The translations under genes were made by a program, and so were the position numbers. From an uncultured virus (IMG/VR IMGVR_UViG_3300010157_000038) (lineage: Duplodnaviria > Heunggongvirae > Uroviricota > Caudoviricetes): a stretch of 64,000 nt of DNA. The notes under the pieces were generated by a model. It ran no database searches, was not told the origin of the DNA, and worked only from the letters and a program-made list of their open reading frames with translations. Position 1 is the first letter of the stretch, and every line of letters begins with the position of its first letter. The stretch lies in IMG/VR virus record IMGVR_UViG_3300010157_000038, one strand, 5' to 3'. Shown one piece after another: positions 9,852-20,723 of this stretch.

Positions 9852-11312
9852 ATGTCAAATAAATCAAAAGATCGACTCGATCTCATTGAAGACATCACTG
9901 TTGAGGAACTACGCGCAGATGGACTCGTTGAAGACGTTGAAGTTTCTCACGAGGAACCATCTACAGAGAAGAAGCTCGATGGTAAAGCAGTTGAAGCAAA
10001 GAATATTGAAGTGAAAGCTTCAGTAGACTCTTCAAAAGCCGCTCAAGACGCGACAAAGGAAGCACCTTATAATAAAACTAAAGGTGAACCAAAAGGACCG
10101 TCTGAACCAGCCGAAGTCAAAAAGGCCGAAGATGCTATAGCAGCAGGTATTGCAAAAGTAAGTCAGGCACCATTGAATAAAGTTCATGGCAAGCCAACTG
10201 ACGTTTCAATTCCTTCTGTAACAGAATCAGAAGCTCCAAAGACAAAAGCAGGTATCATCAATGCTGTCTATCAACATATGTCAGAAATGACGACCGAAGA
10301 ATTGGCGAACGTGTACCAAACGCTGACGAATCCTAGCGATATCCATCAAGCGCCGTACAATAAGCCAAATCCAGACGATGCAGTTGAGCCTAAACTGGGC
10401 GTGAAAACACCTGGTCAGGAAACTCAAGTCTTAGTAGACGAAGAAGATGCAGAAGATGCAGAAGAAAAGAAGCATGAAGACGACAAAGATTCCGAAGAGG
10501 ATGAAAAGAAGTCTGAAATGCCAATGAAGAAAGATGATGAAGACGAAGAAGATTCAGAAGAAAATGAAGAAGAAGCAAAAAAGAAAGTTGAAGAATCAAT
10601 CAACGCTCTTTTAAAAGCTGAAAAATCATTAACTGAAGAATTCCGTTCTAAAGCTTCAGGACTTTTTGAATCTGCAGTAAAGACAAAAGTGGCAAAACAA
10701 GTTCTCCGCCTAGAGGAAAACTACAAGACACAGTTAAACGAAGAGTTGGCGAAAGCTACTCAAGGTTTAGCTGAAAAAGTCGATAGCTATCTTAGCTATG
10801 TAGCCTCCACATGGATGGAAGAAAACAAAGTAGCCATTGAGTCAGGTCTTCGTACAGAGATTGCGGAAAACTTTATCAACTCTCTCAAGAGTGTGTTTAA
10901 AGAATCCTATATCGAAGTTCCAGAAGCAAAAGAAAACTTAGTTGATACTCTCAACAAAGAAGTTTCTAAGCTCGAAGAACAATTACTCAAGACGACAGAA
11001 TCCAATATGAAGCTCAACGAGACTGTAAACACTTTAAAGCGTTCACAGATCCTCGCAGAAGCATCCGCTGATCTCGCCTCAACAGAGGTAGTAAAGCTAA
11101 AATCTCTCACAGAATCAATCGGCTTCGATGATGTAAAGACTTTCCAACAGAAAGTAAAAAGTATCAAAGAGTCTTATTTCCGTAAGAATGTCATCTCACC
11201 CAAAGAAAACGAAATAGAAGTAGTTTTAAATGAAGACGGCCAAGAGGTCGATCTTAATCCAGTAATGGAAGCTTATTCTACAGCAATTACAAGGGCTTTA
11301 AAACAGCCTTAA
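9852..11312 (+). CDS. gp22: Prohead core scaffold protein, long acidic N-terminus
   Basis: LTEEFRSKASGLFESAV, KVDSYLSYV, WMEENKVAIESGLRTEIAE, KESYF. Confidence 0.92.
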   Translation: MSNKSKDRLDLIEDITVEELRADGLVEDVEVSHEEPSTEKKLDGKAVEAKNIEVKASVDSSKAAQDATKEAPYNKTKGEPKGPSEPAEVKKAEDAIAAGIAKVSQAPLNKVHGKPTDVSIPSVTESEAPKTKAGIINAVYQHMSEMTTEELANVYQTLTNPSDIHQAPYNKPNPDDAVEPKLGVKTPGQETQVLVDEEDAEDAEEKKHEDDKDSEEDEKKSEMPMKKDDEDEEDSEENEEEAKKKVEESINALLKAEKSLTEEFRSKASGLFESAVKTKVAKQVLRLEENYKTQLNEELAKATQGLAEKVDSYLSYVASTWMEENKVAIESGLRTEIAENFINSLKSVFKESYIEVPEAKENLVDTLNKEVSKLEEQLLKTTESNMKLNETVNTLKRSQILAEASADLASTEVVKLKSLTESIGFDDVKTFQQKVKSIKESYFRKNVISPKENEIEVVLNEDGQEVDLNPVMEAYSTAITRALKQP

Positions 11313-11343
11313 AAAACTAACAAAACAAAATCAGGACACTAAC

Positions 11344-12696
11344 ATGTTCAACTCAGAAAACCTAATCAAAAAGTGGGCACCAATCCTTGAACACAAGGAT
11401 CTCCCAAAGATCAAAGACACATACCGCAAGTCAATCACTGCGGTTATCCTTGAGAATCAAGAAAAAGCAATGCGCGAAGAGCGTGCTCAATCTTCATTCC
11501 AAGCTATCAACGAAACAGCAGCTAATGCTACTACAGGTGGCACAGGCTACATGGCTAATTGGGATCCAATCCTTATCAGCTTAGTACGCCGTTCAATGCC
11601 TAACCTCATTGCTTATGATATCTGTGGCGTTCAACCAATGAGCGGTCCAACAGGTTTAGTATTTGCTATGAAGAGCAAGTACACATCGCAAGGTGGCACA
11701 GAAGCAATGTATAACGAAGCTAACGATGCTTTCTCAGGCACCGGTTCAATGGGCAGCGATTCTTCTTCACTTCCTACCGTAACTGGTGGATCAGGTGCAG
11801 ATGCAGATGGAGTAAATGACTCTTTTGCAAATGGCGTTGGCATGAGCACAGCTTATGGTGAAGGTCTTGGTACTGGTTCTTCTGGTGCTGGCAGCTTTGC
11901 ACAGATGGCTTTCTCAATCGAAAAATCCACTGTTACAGCTACAACACGTGCACTCAAAGCTGAGTACACAATGGAATTAGCTCAAGATTTAAAAGCAGTT
12001 CACGGTCTAGATGCAGAGTCAGAATTGGCTAACATCCTTTCCGCTGAAATCTTAGCTGAAATCAATCGTGAAGTTATCCGTACAATCAATGTTAAATCTA
12101 TCTTAGGTTGCCAACAACAAGGCATCGCAGTCCCAGGTACATTCAACTTGTACACAGATGCAGATGGTCGTTGGTCCGCAGAAAAGTATCGTGGTCTATT
12201 AGTTCAGATCGACCGCGAAGCTAACAAGATCGCTAAAGATACACGTCGTGGTAAGGGCAATTTTGTACTATGTTCTTCGGACGTAGCTACAGCTCTTGCA
12301 GCTTCTGGTACTCTTGATTACGCTCCAGCATTATCAACTCAATTAGAAATTGATGATACAGGTAACACTTTCGCAGGTGTTCTCAATGGTCGTATCAAGG
12401 TTTATATCGATCCATATGCAACAGTTGACTACGTCACAGTTGGATACCGTGGAACAAATCCATATGATGCTGGTTTATTCTATTGCCCATACGTACCATT
12501 AACTATGGTCCGTGCAGTTGGTCAATCAGACTTCCAACCACGTATCGGATTCAAGACACGTTACGGTATGATCGCTAACCCATTCGCTGAATCCCCAACA
12601 GCACCACAAAATGGTGTTGGTAACAATCGCGCGAATAAGTACTTCCGTATCTTCGCGGTTAAAGGCGTTCTAAGTCCAGCACACCCAAGTAATTAA
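11344..12696 (+). CDS. gp23: Major capsid protein
   Basis: GVQPMSGPTGL, RALKAEYTMELAQDLKAVHGLDAE, FYCPYVPL, GFKTRYG. Confidence 0.98.
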   Translation: MFNSENLIKKWAPILEHKDLPKIKDTYRKSITAVILENQEKAMREERAQSSFQAINETAANATTGGTGYMANWDPILISLVRRSMPNLIAYDICGVQPMSGPTGLVFAMKSKYTSQGGTEAMYNEANDAFSGTGSMGSDSSSLPTVTGGSGADADGVNDSFANGVGMSTAYGEGLGTGSSGAGSFAQMAFSIEKSTVTATTRALKAEYTMELAQDLKAVHGLDAESELANILSAEILAEINREVIRTINVKSILGCQQQGIAVPGTFNLYTDADGRWSAEKYRGLLVQIDREANKIAKDTRRGKGNFVLCSSDVATALAASGTLDYAPALSTQLEIDDTGNTFAGVLNGRIKVYIDPYATVDYVTVGYRGTNPYDAGLFYCPYVPLTMVRAVGQSDFQPRIGFKTRYGMIANPFAESPTAPQNGVGNNRANKYFRIFAVKGVLSPAHPSN

Positions 12697-12743
12697 TCGT
12701 TGAGTACAGTTTAATCTGTATTTAATAAATTACTAATAAAATT

Positions 12744-12772
12744 AAGCCACTCCGAAAGGGGTGGCTTTTTTT
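12744..12772 (+). terminator. Rho-independent terminator after gp23
   Basis: AAGCCACTCC-GAAA-GGGGTGGCTT plus T-run. Confidence 0.9.
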
Positions 12773-12800
12773 GTTTATAGATATTATTAACAATAAGGTA

Positions 12801-12808
12801 TATAAATA
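12801..12808 (+). promoter_or_regulatory. Late promoter TATAAATA (gp3)
   Basis: Exact consensus. Confidence 0.8.
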
Positions 12809-12817
12809 AGAGTATAA

Positions 12818-13282
12818 ATGAGTAACTTAACCGCTAATAAAAATTATCTTTCTCCAACGGGGTTTAAAGTAACAATAAACTCCACATCGTTTGCTAATAT
12901 GGAGTATTTTTGCATTCGCACGTCAGTTCCTTCTATTAGTTTAGGCGAGATATCTCTTCCATTTCGTGCAACATCTAATTATGTATCTGGAGAGCGTATT
13001 GAGTGGGCTCCATTTGAGATGACATTTCAAGTATCTCAATTTCTTGAAAATTATGCAGAACTTTATAACTGGATTACAAATAATGCAAAATTAGATAAAT
13101 TTGTAAAATCTGATATGATACTTTCTATTCTTGATGCGCATAATAATGTATCAAAACAAATTAGGTATGTTGATGCTTTCCCTACATCAATTGGATCGAT
13201 TGATTTACATACTCAGAATACTGATGTTGAATACGTAACTGTAGATGCTTCATTTAGATATTCTTACTTTGAATTTTTATAA
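12818..13282 (+). CDS. gp3: Tail completion/tube terminator gp3-like
   Basis: NYLSPTGF, ENYAELYNWI, DAFPTSIG, FRYSYF. Confidence 0.85.
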   Translation: MSNLTANKNYLSPTGFKVTINSTSFANMEYFCIRTSVPSISLGEISLPFRATSNYVSGERIEWAPFEMTFQVSQFLENYAELYNWITNNAKLDKFVKSDMILSILDAHNNVSKQIRYVDAFPTSIGSIDLHTQNTDVEYVTVDASFRYSYFEFL

Positions 13283-13319
13283 TTTACTTTGTCAGTCGTT
13301 TGTGATAATTTAATACATT

Positions 13320-13766
13320 ATGTTAAACATTGAAGAACTGCTTGTAATGTGGAAAAAAGATTGTGAGATTGATGAAATGGCACTTGATGAATCATCGCTC
13401 GCAGGAATAAAACTTCATTCTAAATATCTCGAATTACATACTGTTATAAAACTGCAATTAAAGAAAAAAGAGTTAGAACAACAAGTATTATTAAGAGATA
13501 AATGGTTATACTTTAATGGTAAGATGGAAAAAGAAGACATGGATAAGCGCAATTGGCCTTACGATCCATTTAATGGATTAAAGATCATGAAATCAGACAT
13601 GGAATATTATTTTAATGCAGATCCTGAATTACAAAAAAGCGAGGAAAGAATAACGTATTTAAAGACTATGCTTGAAACTCTTGAAGAGATACTAGGAAAT
13701 CTTAAGTGGCGGCATAGCACGATAAAAAATTGTATAGATTGGCGTAGATTTACTTCAGGAGGTTAA
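13320..13766 (+). CDS. uvsY: Recombination mediator UvsY
   Basis: WKKDCEID, LHSKYL, IKNCIDWRRFTSG. Confidence 0.9.
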   Translation: MLNIEELLVMWKKDCEIDEMALDESSLAGIKLHSKYLELHTVIKLQLKKKELEQQVLLRDKWLYFNGKMEKEDMDKRNWPYDPFNGLKIMKSDMEYYFNADPELQKSEERITYLKTMLETLEEILGNLKWRHSTIKNCIDWRRFTSGG

Positions 13767-13781
13767 TAATAAATCTAACTG

Positions 13782-14036
13782 ATGATATCGAAACGAGTTG
13801 ATAATGCAGGTCCAAAAGATCAGCTATGGGCCAAATGGAATCTTTTGAGTGGAGATGAGAGACACGCTTATTTTGAACATGCGGATATGCTTGTGAAAAA
13901 AGGATACTTAGATAATCCTGATAATAGAGATATACTTGATATAGCTTTGTCAATATTTGCTTCTAAATCTGCCATGATAAATAAAGACACTACTAATAGT
14001 AATCATGGTAATATTAAAGATAAAAAAGAAGAATGA
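13782..14036 (+). CDS. Hypothetical protein
   Basis: 84-aa ORF filling the uvsY-uvsW gap. Confidence 0.55.
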   Translation: MISKRVDNAGPKDQLWAKWNLLSGDERHAYFEHADMLVKKGYLDNPDNRDILDIALSIFASKSAMINKDTTNSNHGNIKDKKEE

Positions 14037-15549
14037 GGTCTTTGTTAGAATAGACTGTGACGATAGCGGCACTCTTCAAGAACTGAGTGAATTTTTTACG
14101 TTCTTTGCGCCAGGCTATAAATGGATGCCCAGCTATAAGAATAAGTTTTGGGATGGCAAGGTTAGACTCTATAATTCTCGCGATCACACGTTATACGCCG
14201 GTTTAGTACCTTATCTTAAAGAATTTGCCGAAGTAAGACAATGTGAATTAGAATTTTTAGATGACAACTACTATGGACGTATAGATTCAGAGATTTTTAT
14301 AGATCAAAATCAATTAAATAAATTCATTGAAGACTTAAATCTATATGCGCATAATAAGCAGATAGAAGTTAGGGATTATCAATTAGATGCAGTAATACAA
14401 GTACTTACGCATACTAGAAAGCTTCTTCTAAGTCCTACCGCATCTGGTAAATCATTGATAATCTATATACTAATTCGCTGGTATTTAAGCAAGTTAAAAG
14501 AAATGCCAAATGAAAAAGTGTTGATTGTAGTTCCTACGACGTCATTGGTTGAACAGCTTTTTAAGGACTTTCAAGACTATTCCACGAATGACCAGGACAA
14601 TTGGAATAATGATGAGAAGTGTCATAAGATATACTCAGGTAAAGAGAAGATAAACATACAGCAAGAAGTTATAATAACTACCTGGCAATCTATTTATCAA
14701 ATGCCTCCCGGTTGGTTTGAAAACTTTCGAATGGTTATAGGAGACGAAGCGCATAACTTTAAGGCTAAATCGCTTGCTTCTATCATGGAGAAATTGAGGG
14801 ATTGTAAGTACCGCGTAGGAACCACCGGCACACTCGATGGCACTCAAACACATAAATTGGTATTAGAGGGTCTTTTTGGACCAGTATATCAGGTTACTAC
14901 CACTAAAGAGCTTATAGATTCGGAAGCACTTTCTCAACTCGATATCTCTATTCTTCTACTTAAGTACGATGATAAATACTGTCAAGAAATGAAAAAGAAG
15001 ACCTATCAAGAGGAGATAGATTTTTTAGTCAGTTATATACCTAGAAACAAATTTATTCGTAACTTAGCGCTTGCACAAGAAGGAAATACATTGATTCTTT
15101 ATAATTACGTAGAAAAGCATGGTAAACCAATATATGATATGATTCAGAAAAAACTGTCTGAATCTGCTCGTCCATCAGCCGCTCGTAAGTTATTCTTTGT
15201 ATCTGGGGATGTAGAAACTGATGAAAGAGAACGGATTCGTTCCATTACTGAGGGTGAAAAAGATGCAATTATAGTAGCTTCCATGGGCACATTCTCTACA
15301 GGAATCAATATCCGTAATCTTCATAATATAATATTTGCTTCTCCTTCTAAGTCACAGATACGAGTTCTTCAGTCGATAGGTAGAGGATTAAGAAAGGCAG
15401 ATAATAATCAAGGAACAAAAGTCTTTGATATCGCCGATGATTTGCATTGGAAAAGCAGTAGGAACTATACATTAGATCATGCTGGAGAAAGAATACGCAT
15501 TTATTCAAAAGAGAAGTTTAACTATACTATCCATGAAGTAAACGTATGA
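14005..15549 (+). CDS. uvsW: SF2 DNA helicase UvsW
   Basis: SPTASGKS, DEAH, GTTGT, LQSIGRGLR. Confidence 0.96.
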   Translation: MVILKIKKKNEVFVRIDCDDSGTLQELSEFFTFFAPGYKWMPSYKNKFWDGKVRLYNSRDHTLYAGLVPYLKEFAEVRQCELEFLDDNYYGRIDSEIFIDQNQLNKFIEDLNLYAHNKQIEVRDYQLDAVIQVLTHTRKLLLSPTASGKSLIIYILIRWYLSKLKEMPNEKVLIVVPTTSLVEQLFKDFQDYSTNDQDNWNNDEKCHKIYSGKEKINIQQEVIITTWQSIYQMPPGWFENFRMVIGDEAHNFKAKSLASIMEKLRDCKYRVGTTGTLDGTQTHKLVLEGLFGPVYQVTTTKELIDSEALSQLDISILLLKYDDKYCQEMKKKTYQEEIDFLVSYIPRNKFIRNLALAQEGNTLILYNYVEKHGKPIYDMIQKKLSESARPSAARKLFFVSGDVETDERERIRSITEGEKDAIIVASMGTFSTGINIRNLHNIIFASPSKSQIRVLQSIGRGLRKADNNQGTKVFDIADDLHWKSSRNYTLDHAGERIRIYSKEKFNYTIHEVNV

Positions 15550-15986
15550 GCGATCTAATAGAAGAAACCTCTCTTATTCTTAAATTGGTATCTGGAGATA
15601 CAATATTATGTCAAGTAATAAAAGACACCGATGATAATATACTCGTGAGAGATCCTTATCTAGTAAATCTTATACAAGGTAAAGCTGAGAATGAAGGTAG
15701 AGCTGTAGTATATTATTCTCAATGGTTTTTATCATCTGATTCTAGAATACATATGATTAGAAAGAATCACGTTCTTTCTGCAGCTATTCCAGATCAAGAT
15801 ACTAAAGATTATTATGCAGAGTTAGTTGAAAGAAAAGAAGATGGTTTATCTCAATCTAAAGATGTAAAGTCTACTACTACTACTAGTAAGAAGAAGAGTA
15901 ATAGCAATAATCCATTCTCAGATGATTTAAACTACAAATTAAATAATAAATCTAAGAGTGATCCAAACAATAGATTTAATAACTGA
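15546..15986 (+). CDS. Conserved T4-like hypothetical protein (Sm-like fold suspected)
   Basis: LKLVSGDTILC N-terminus; usual uvsW-gp55 position. Confidence 0.7.
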   Translation: MSDLIEETSLILKLVSGDTILCQVIKDTDDNILVRDPYLVNLIQGKAENEGRAVVYYSQWFLSSDSRIHMIRKNHVLSAAIPDQDTKDYYAELVERKEDGLSQSKDVKSTTTTSKKKSNSNNPFSDDLNYKLNNKSKSDPNNRFNN

Positions 15987-16169
15987 TATAGAATATAGGG
16001 TATACTTTGTTTCCCCCTGTATTCTGAATACAAAATAACAGCTTTCTAGGTCGATGTAAACACAATTTGAAACGAAATCTTTGTATTAAATTGAAATACA
16101 TTGATATTTACATTATAAAGTTTTTAGTATAGTTTATTTGATTAACAGAGATATGCTTACATAATTACT

Positions 16170-16832
16170 ATGATAGACAAATCAATTTCAGTTATTTCAA
16201 ATCCAACTAAAACTAGTGACAGCGCTAAGCCAAAGAGTTCTTCTCTTGCCATAAAAAGAGAAGGAGTTCACTATGTAAATAATAGGGATTTCTCGATGGC
16301 TGTAGTGGAATACGTAAAATCTGTGAAGGCTGCTAAACAAGCAAACAAAGATATTCCACGTATAACTGAATATATTGGTAGATGCTTCCTTCGTATAGCT
16401 GAAGGACTATCTCATAAACCTAATTTTATTCGATATACTTATAGAGAAGAAATGGTTATGGATGCAGTGGAAAACTGTATAAAAGCTATCATGAATTATA
16501 ACATTGATGCCGCAACCCGTACTGGAAATCCAAATGCGTTTGCGTATTTTACACAGATATCTTACTACGCATTTATTCGCAGAATAACTAAAGAGAAAAA
16601 GCAGCAGGATATTAAATACAGATACATAGAGCACGCCGGATTAGAAGATTTTGTAACAAATCCAGAAGATTCTAAAGGTGCAGATGTGCGTGGAAATATT
16701 AATTTAGGCGGTATTGAAAATGGATTTATTGATATCTTAAAGAAAAGAATTGATAAAGTTAAGAATGTTGATAAAGCAATCAAAGACTTTAAGAAGAGTA
16801 ATAAGTCACAACTAGATTTTTTCATGTCTTAA
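16170..16832 (+). CDS. gp55: Late-transcription sigma factor
   Basis: HYVNNRDF, IAEGLSHKPNF..YTYREEMVMDAVENC, NAFAYFTQI. Confidence 0.95.
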   Translation: MIDKSISVISNPTKTSDSAKPKSSSLAIKREGVHYVNNRDFSMAVVEYVKSVKAAKQANKDIPRITEYIGRCFLRIAEGLSHKPNFIRYTYREEMVMDAVENCIKAIMNYNIDAATRTGNPNAFAYFTQISYYAFIRRITKEKKQQDIKYRYIEHAGLEDFVTNPEDSKGADVRGNINLGGIENGFIDILKKRIDKVKNVDKAIKDFKKSNKSQLDFFMS

Positions 16833-16836
16833 TGAT

Positions 16837-17901
16837 ATGCTTTTAGCTGTTCTAAATGATACTCATGCAGGCTGTCGCAATTCTCATGATGTTTTTTTAA
16901 ACTATCATGGGAAGTTTTATAGTGATGTTTTCTTTCCATATTGCGAGAAGAATGGTATAAAACAAATTTTACATCTTGGAGACTTTTATGATCATCGCAA
17001 GTTTATTAATTTCAAAGCTTTAAATCATAACCGTAAAACATTCTTAGAGCCTATGAGGGATTTAGGTATGAGTATGGACATCATACCTGGAAATCATGAT
17101 GTAGTTTATAAGAACACTAATGATTTATGCTCTTTAAAGGAATTACTTGGTTACTTTGTAGAGAACGTGAACATCGTAATGTCACCTAAAGTTCTAAATT
17201 ACGATGGATGTAATATTGCACTTTTGCCTTGGATTAATTCTGAGAATTATGCTGAGTCGATGAAGTTTATAGAAAGTTGTGATGCTTCTATATTAGCAGC
17301 GCATTTAGAACTATCTGGCTTTGATTATATGCCAGGTATGCCAGCACCTCATGGAATGGATCCTGCGCTATTTTCCAGATTTGAGAGCGTTTGGTCTGGG
17401 CATTATCACACAAAATCTGAGAAAGGTAATATACACTACCTAGGAACACAGTATGAGATGTTTTGGAATGATGCAGATGATGCAAAGTTCTTTCACGTAT
17501 TTGATACTGAGACTAGGATATTGACACCAATACTAAATCCTAATACAATCTATTCTAAGTTATATTATGACGATGCTAAAGTAAATTACTCAAAGTATGA
17601 TGTAAGTACACTAAAGAATAAGTTTGTAAAAATAATAGTATCCAATAAAAACGATCTAGCAGGATTTGATAACTTTATTGACCAAATTCAAAAACAAGAA
17701 GTATTTGAGATTAAAGTTGCAGAAAACTATGATGAGTTTCAGGGTGAAAATATAGATGATAACTCCGTAGAGGTAGTTTCAGATACTTCAATTCTATTAG
17801 ACACATATGTAGATGCAGTACAGACTGCATTAGATAAAGACGTAATTAAATCTAAATTAAGAGAATTATATATAGAAGCTCAATCTAACGAATTCTCATG
17901 A
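16837..17901 (+). CDS. gp47: Recombination endonuclease subunit (Mre11-like)
   Basis: DTHAG, HLGDFYD, GNHD, SGHYH phosphoesterase motifs. Confidence 0.95.
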   Translation: MLLAVLNDTHAGCRNSHDVFLNYHGKFYSDVFFPYCEKNGIKQILHLGDFYDHRKFINFKALNHNRKTFLEPMRDLGMSMDIIPGNHDVVYKNTNDLCSLKELLGYFVENVNIVMSPKVLNYDGCNIALLPWINSENYAESMKFIESCDASILAAHLELSGFDYMPGMPAPHGMDPALFSRFESVWSGHYHTKSEKGNIHYLGTQYEMFWNDADDAKFFHVFDTETRILTPILNPNTIYSKLYYDDAKVNYSKYDVSTLKNKFVKIIVSNKNDLAGFDNFIDQIQKQEVFEIKVAENYDEFQGENIDDNSVEVVSDTSILLDTYVDAVQTALDKDVIKSKLRELYIEAQSNEFS

Positions 17902-19619
17902 TAATATTCTCACAAGTCCGTTGGAAAAACTTCCTCTCAACAGGAGATAAGTTTACGGAGATTGATCTTAACACTGGAGAATCTACGTTGATTGTAGGTA
18001 CTAATGGTGCTGGTAAGTCCACACTATTGGATGCAATCTCATTTGCGTTATTTGGCAAACCTCACCGTGATATTAAGAAGAACCAGATTGTTAATTCAAT
18101 CAATAATAAAGATTGCATTGTAGAAGTTGAGTTCTCTTTAGGCAATAACCGGTTTCGTATTATTCGAGGTATTAAGCCAAATATATTTGAGATATGGCAG
18201 AATGATCAACTGTTAAATCAAGAATCTCATACTCGTGATTATCAAAAGATACTTGAGCAAAATATACTTAAGCTCAATCATAAGTCTTTTCATCAAATTG
18301 TAATGTTAGGTTCCAGTTCTTTTATTCCTTTCATGCAGCTTCCGGCTCAGCATAGAAGAGAAGTGATAGAGGATCTATTGGACATTAATATTTTTACAAA
18401 GATGAATCAGCTTCTGAAAGAGAAGTCTTCTAAATTAAAAGATCAAATCTCAGCCATTGGTTATGAAGTTGACGTTATTGCTGAGAAAGTTAAAATGCAG
18501 TATAGGTATATTGCAGATCTTAAAAATCTAGATAAAGAACAGAAAGAAAAGGTTCAACAGCAGATACTTGAATTAAAAGCTGAGATTTATAAAATTACTC
18601 AAAGAAATGAAAAAGTTATAGATCTTGTAGAAAAGAATTATTCTCATCTTCAAAAAGAGATTGATGATAGTACAGCAATAAAGCAGAAACTCGTATCAAA
18701 TAAAAATGCTATTAATGCGGATGTAGCTTCTATCGTGAAAGAGGCTAAATTTTATGAAAACAATGATCAATGTCCTACCTGTGCTCAACCAATAGATTTA
18801 GATTTTAAGAAAGATAAAATACACACGTGTAAGAATAAAGCTAAGCAGCTCGCAAAGGATCAATCTATTTTAGAAAAGACTTTAGATGAAGTAACCAATA
18901 CTATTTCTGTAGTAATGGAAAAGATCAATGAAGGAAAGACACTTAATACTGAAATACACACTAATAACGTAACGATACGTAATCTTCAAAAGCAGATTAA
19001 TGAATTAGAGAAAGATCATTCTTCAGGAAAAAATATAGATATTAATGCTTCTGAGGAAGAGCTTATGAATCTTACTCTTAAGCAGAGTGACCTAGGAACT
19101 CAAAAGAATAAATTGTATGAAGAGAGTACGTATAATCAAGTGATTATAGAGATGTTAAAAGATACTGGTATTAAGACCAAGGTGATTAAACAGTATCTAC
19201 CAGTGATGAACAAACTAATTAATCAATATCTTCACATTCTAGATTTCTTTGTTTCGTTTAATTTAAATGAGACTTTTGAGGAAACCATTAAGTCTAGACA
19301 TCGTGACGACTTTTCTTATGCTTCCTTCTCTGAAGGAGAAAAACAAAGAATAAATTTAGCTCTACTATTTACTTGGAGACAAATTGCTAAAATGAAGAAC
19401 TCGGTCAGTACAAATTTATTGATTCTTGATGAAACTTTTGATTCATCGCTTGATTCTGATGGAGTTGATAACCTATTAAAAATACTTCAAACCTTAGATG
19501 ATAATACGTCAGTATTTGTAATATCTCATAAGACAGATATTCTAGATGGTAAGTTTAAGAATAAGATAGAATTTACAAAAGAAAAGAATTTTTCTATAAT
19601 TAATAAATATAACTCATGA
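17898..19619 (+). CDS. gp46: Recombination ATPase subunit (Rad50-like)
   Basis: GTNGAGKS, CPTC hook, FSEGEK, ILDE, ISH. Confidence 0.96.
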   Translation: MIIFSQVRWKNFLSTGDKFTEIDLNTGESTLIVGTNGAGKSTLLDAISFALFGKPHRDIKKNQIVNSINNKDCIVEVEFSLGNNRFRIIRGIKPNIFEIWQNDQLLNQESHTRDYQKILEQNILKLNHKSFHQIVMLGSSSFIPFMQLPAQHRREVIEDLLDINIFTKMNQLLKEKSSKLKDQISAIGYEVDVIAEKVKMQYRYIADLKNLDKEQKEKVQQQILELKAEIYKITQRNEKVIDLVEKNYSHLQKEIDDSTAIKQKLVSNKNAINADVASIVKEAKFYENNDQCPTCAQPIDLDFKKDKIHTCKNKAKQLAKDQSILEKTLDEVTNTISVVMEKINEGKTLNTEIHTNNVTIRNLQKQINELEKDHSSGKNIDINASEEELMNLTLKQSDLGTQKNKLYEESTYNQVIIEMLKDTGIKTKVIKQYLPVMNKLINQYLHILDFFVSFNLNETFEETIKSRHRDDFSYASFSEGEKQRINLALLFTWRQIAKMKNSVSTNLLILDETFDSSLDSDGVDNLLKILQTLDDNTSVFVISHKTDILDGKFKNKIEFTKEKNFSIINKYNS

Positions 19620-20707
19620 GTACCGGTATTAATAATTTTTACGTATGTATATTGGCAGGTGGAAGTGGCGAACGCTTTTGGCCGATGAGTCGCGATAAGA
19701 CGCCAAAGCACCTTTTAAAGCTCATTACTGATAAGACATTAATTGAGGAAACCGTTGATAGGCTAGAGGGTATAGTGCCTTTAGAGAATATCTTTATTCT
19801 AACTAGTAAGATACAAGTAGAAACTATTAGGAATTTATTGCCCAATATACCAGCTAATCAGGTGGTAGCTGAACCCGCTCGTAGAGATACTGGTCCCGCG
19901 TGTGCTTACGCTACTGCTTTAGTGCACGCTAAAAATCCTAATGGTGTATTGGCTTTGCTGCCTTGTGATAGCTTTATTAGAGATACAAAAACTTTTCAAA
20001 GACAATTAAGCTATGCTTTCGGTATTGTGGACATGAGTGGTAGTTCTAATACAATATATACTAATCCAATCATCTTAACCTTTGGAGTACAGCCTAGCTT
20101 TCCATCTACTGGCTTTGGTTATATGGAGCTAGAGACGAATAAGTTTGAAAGTGAGATTCATACGGTAATGCGCTTTGTGGAGAAACCTAACCTAGTTAAA
20201 GCTAAAGAATACTTTGAAAGTGGCAACTACGTTTGGAATGCAGGCATTTTTATTTGGAAAACAAGCACATTTATTTCTGAGGCTACTAGGTCTGCGCCGG
20301 AATTGGCTAACTTCATTAATCATTATCTTACTAATAATAGTAATGCTGATGATTATGTTGCTACTGTATTTCCTACATTGAATAAGATATCTGTGGATTA
20401 TGCTATCTTAGAAAAAGCTCTATGTGTAGTTACTATAAAAACAGAATTTGATTGGGATGATGTAGGTACTTGGACTGCTATTGAAAAGTATTTAAAGAAT
20501 GATGAATCTGGCAATGCTATACGTGGTAACGTACTATCGATTGAATCTAAAAACAATATAGTATTGAGTAATGGAAGAACGATTGCTTTATTTGGAGTAG
20601 AAGATCTCGTAGTAGTGGAAACGGAAGATGCAATTCTCGTATGTCACAAAGACGAAATACAAAATATTAAAAAGATTCACGGCCTGCTTCCATTAGAATT
20701 GAAGTAA
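19616..20707 (+). CDS. manC: Mannose-1-phosphate guanylyltransferase
   Basis: ILAGGSGERFWPMSR..PK, EPARRDT, FVEKP, WNAGIF, ISVDYA, WDDVGTW. Confidence 0.93.
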   Translation: MSTGINNFYVCILAGGSGERFWPMSRDKTPKHLLKLITDKTLIEETVDRLEGIVPLENIFILTSKIQVETIRNLLPNIPANQVVAEPARRDTGPACAYATALVHAKNPNGVLALLPCDSFIRDTKTFQRQLSYAFGIVDMSGSSNTIYTNPIILTFGVQPSFPSTGFGYMELETNKFESEIHTVMRFVEKPNLVKAKEYFESGNYVWNAGIFIWKTSTFISEATRSAPELANFINHYLTNNSNADDYVATVFPTLNKISVDYAILEKALCVVTIKTEFDWDDVGTWTAIEKYLKNDESGNAIRGNVLSIESKNNIVLSNGRTIALFGVEDLVVVETEDAILVCHKDEIQNIKKIHGLLPLELK

Positions 20708-20723
20708 TTATATCACAGTTTTG

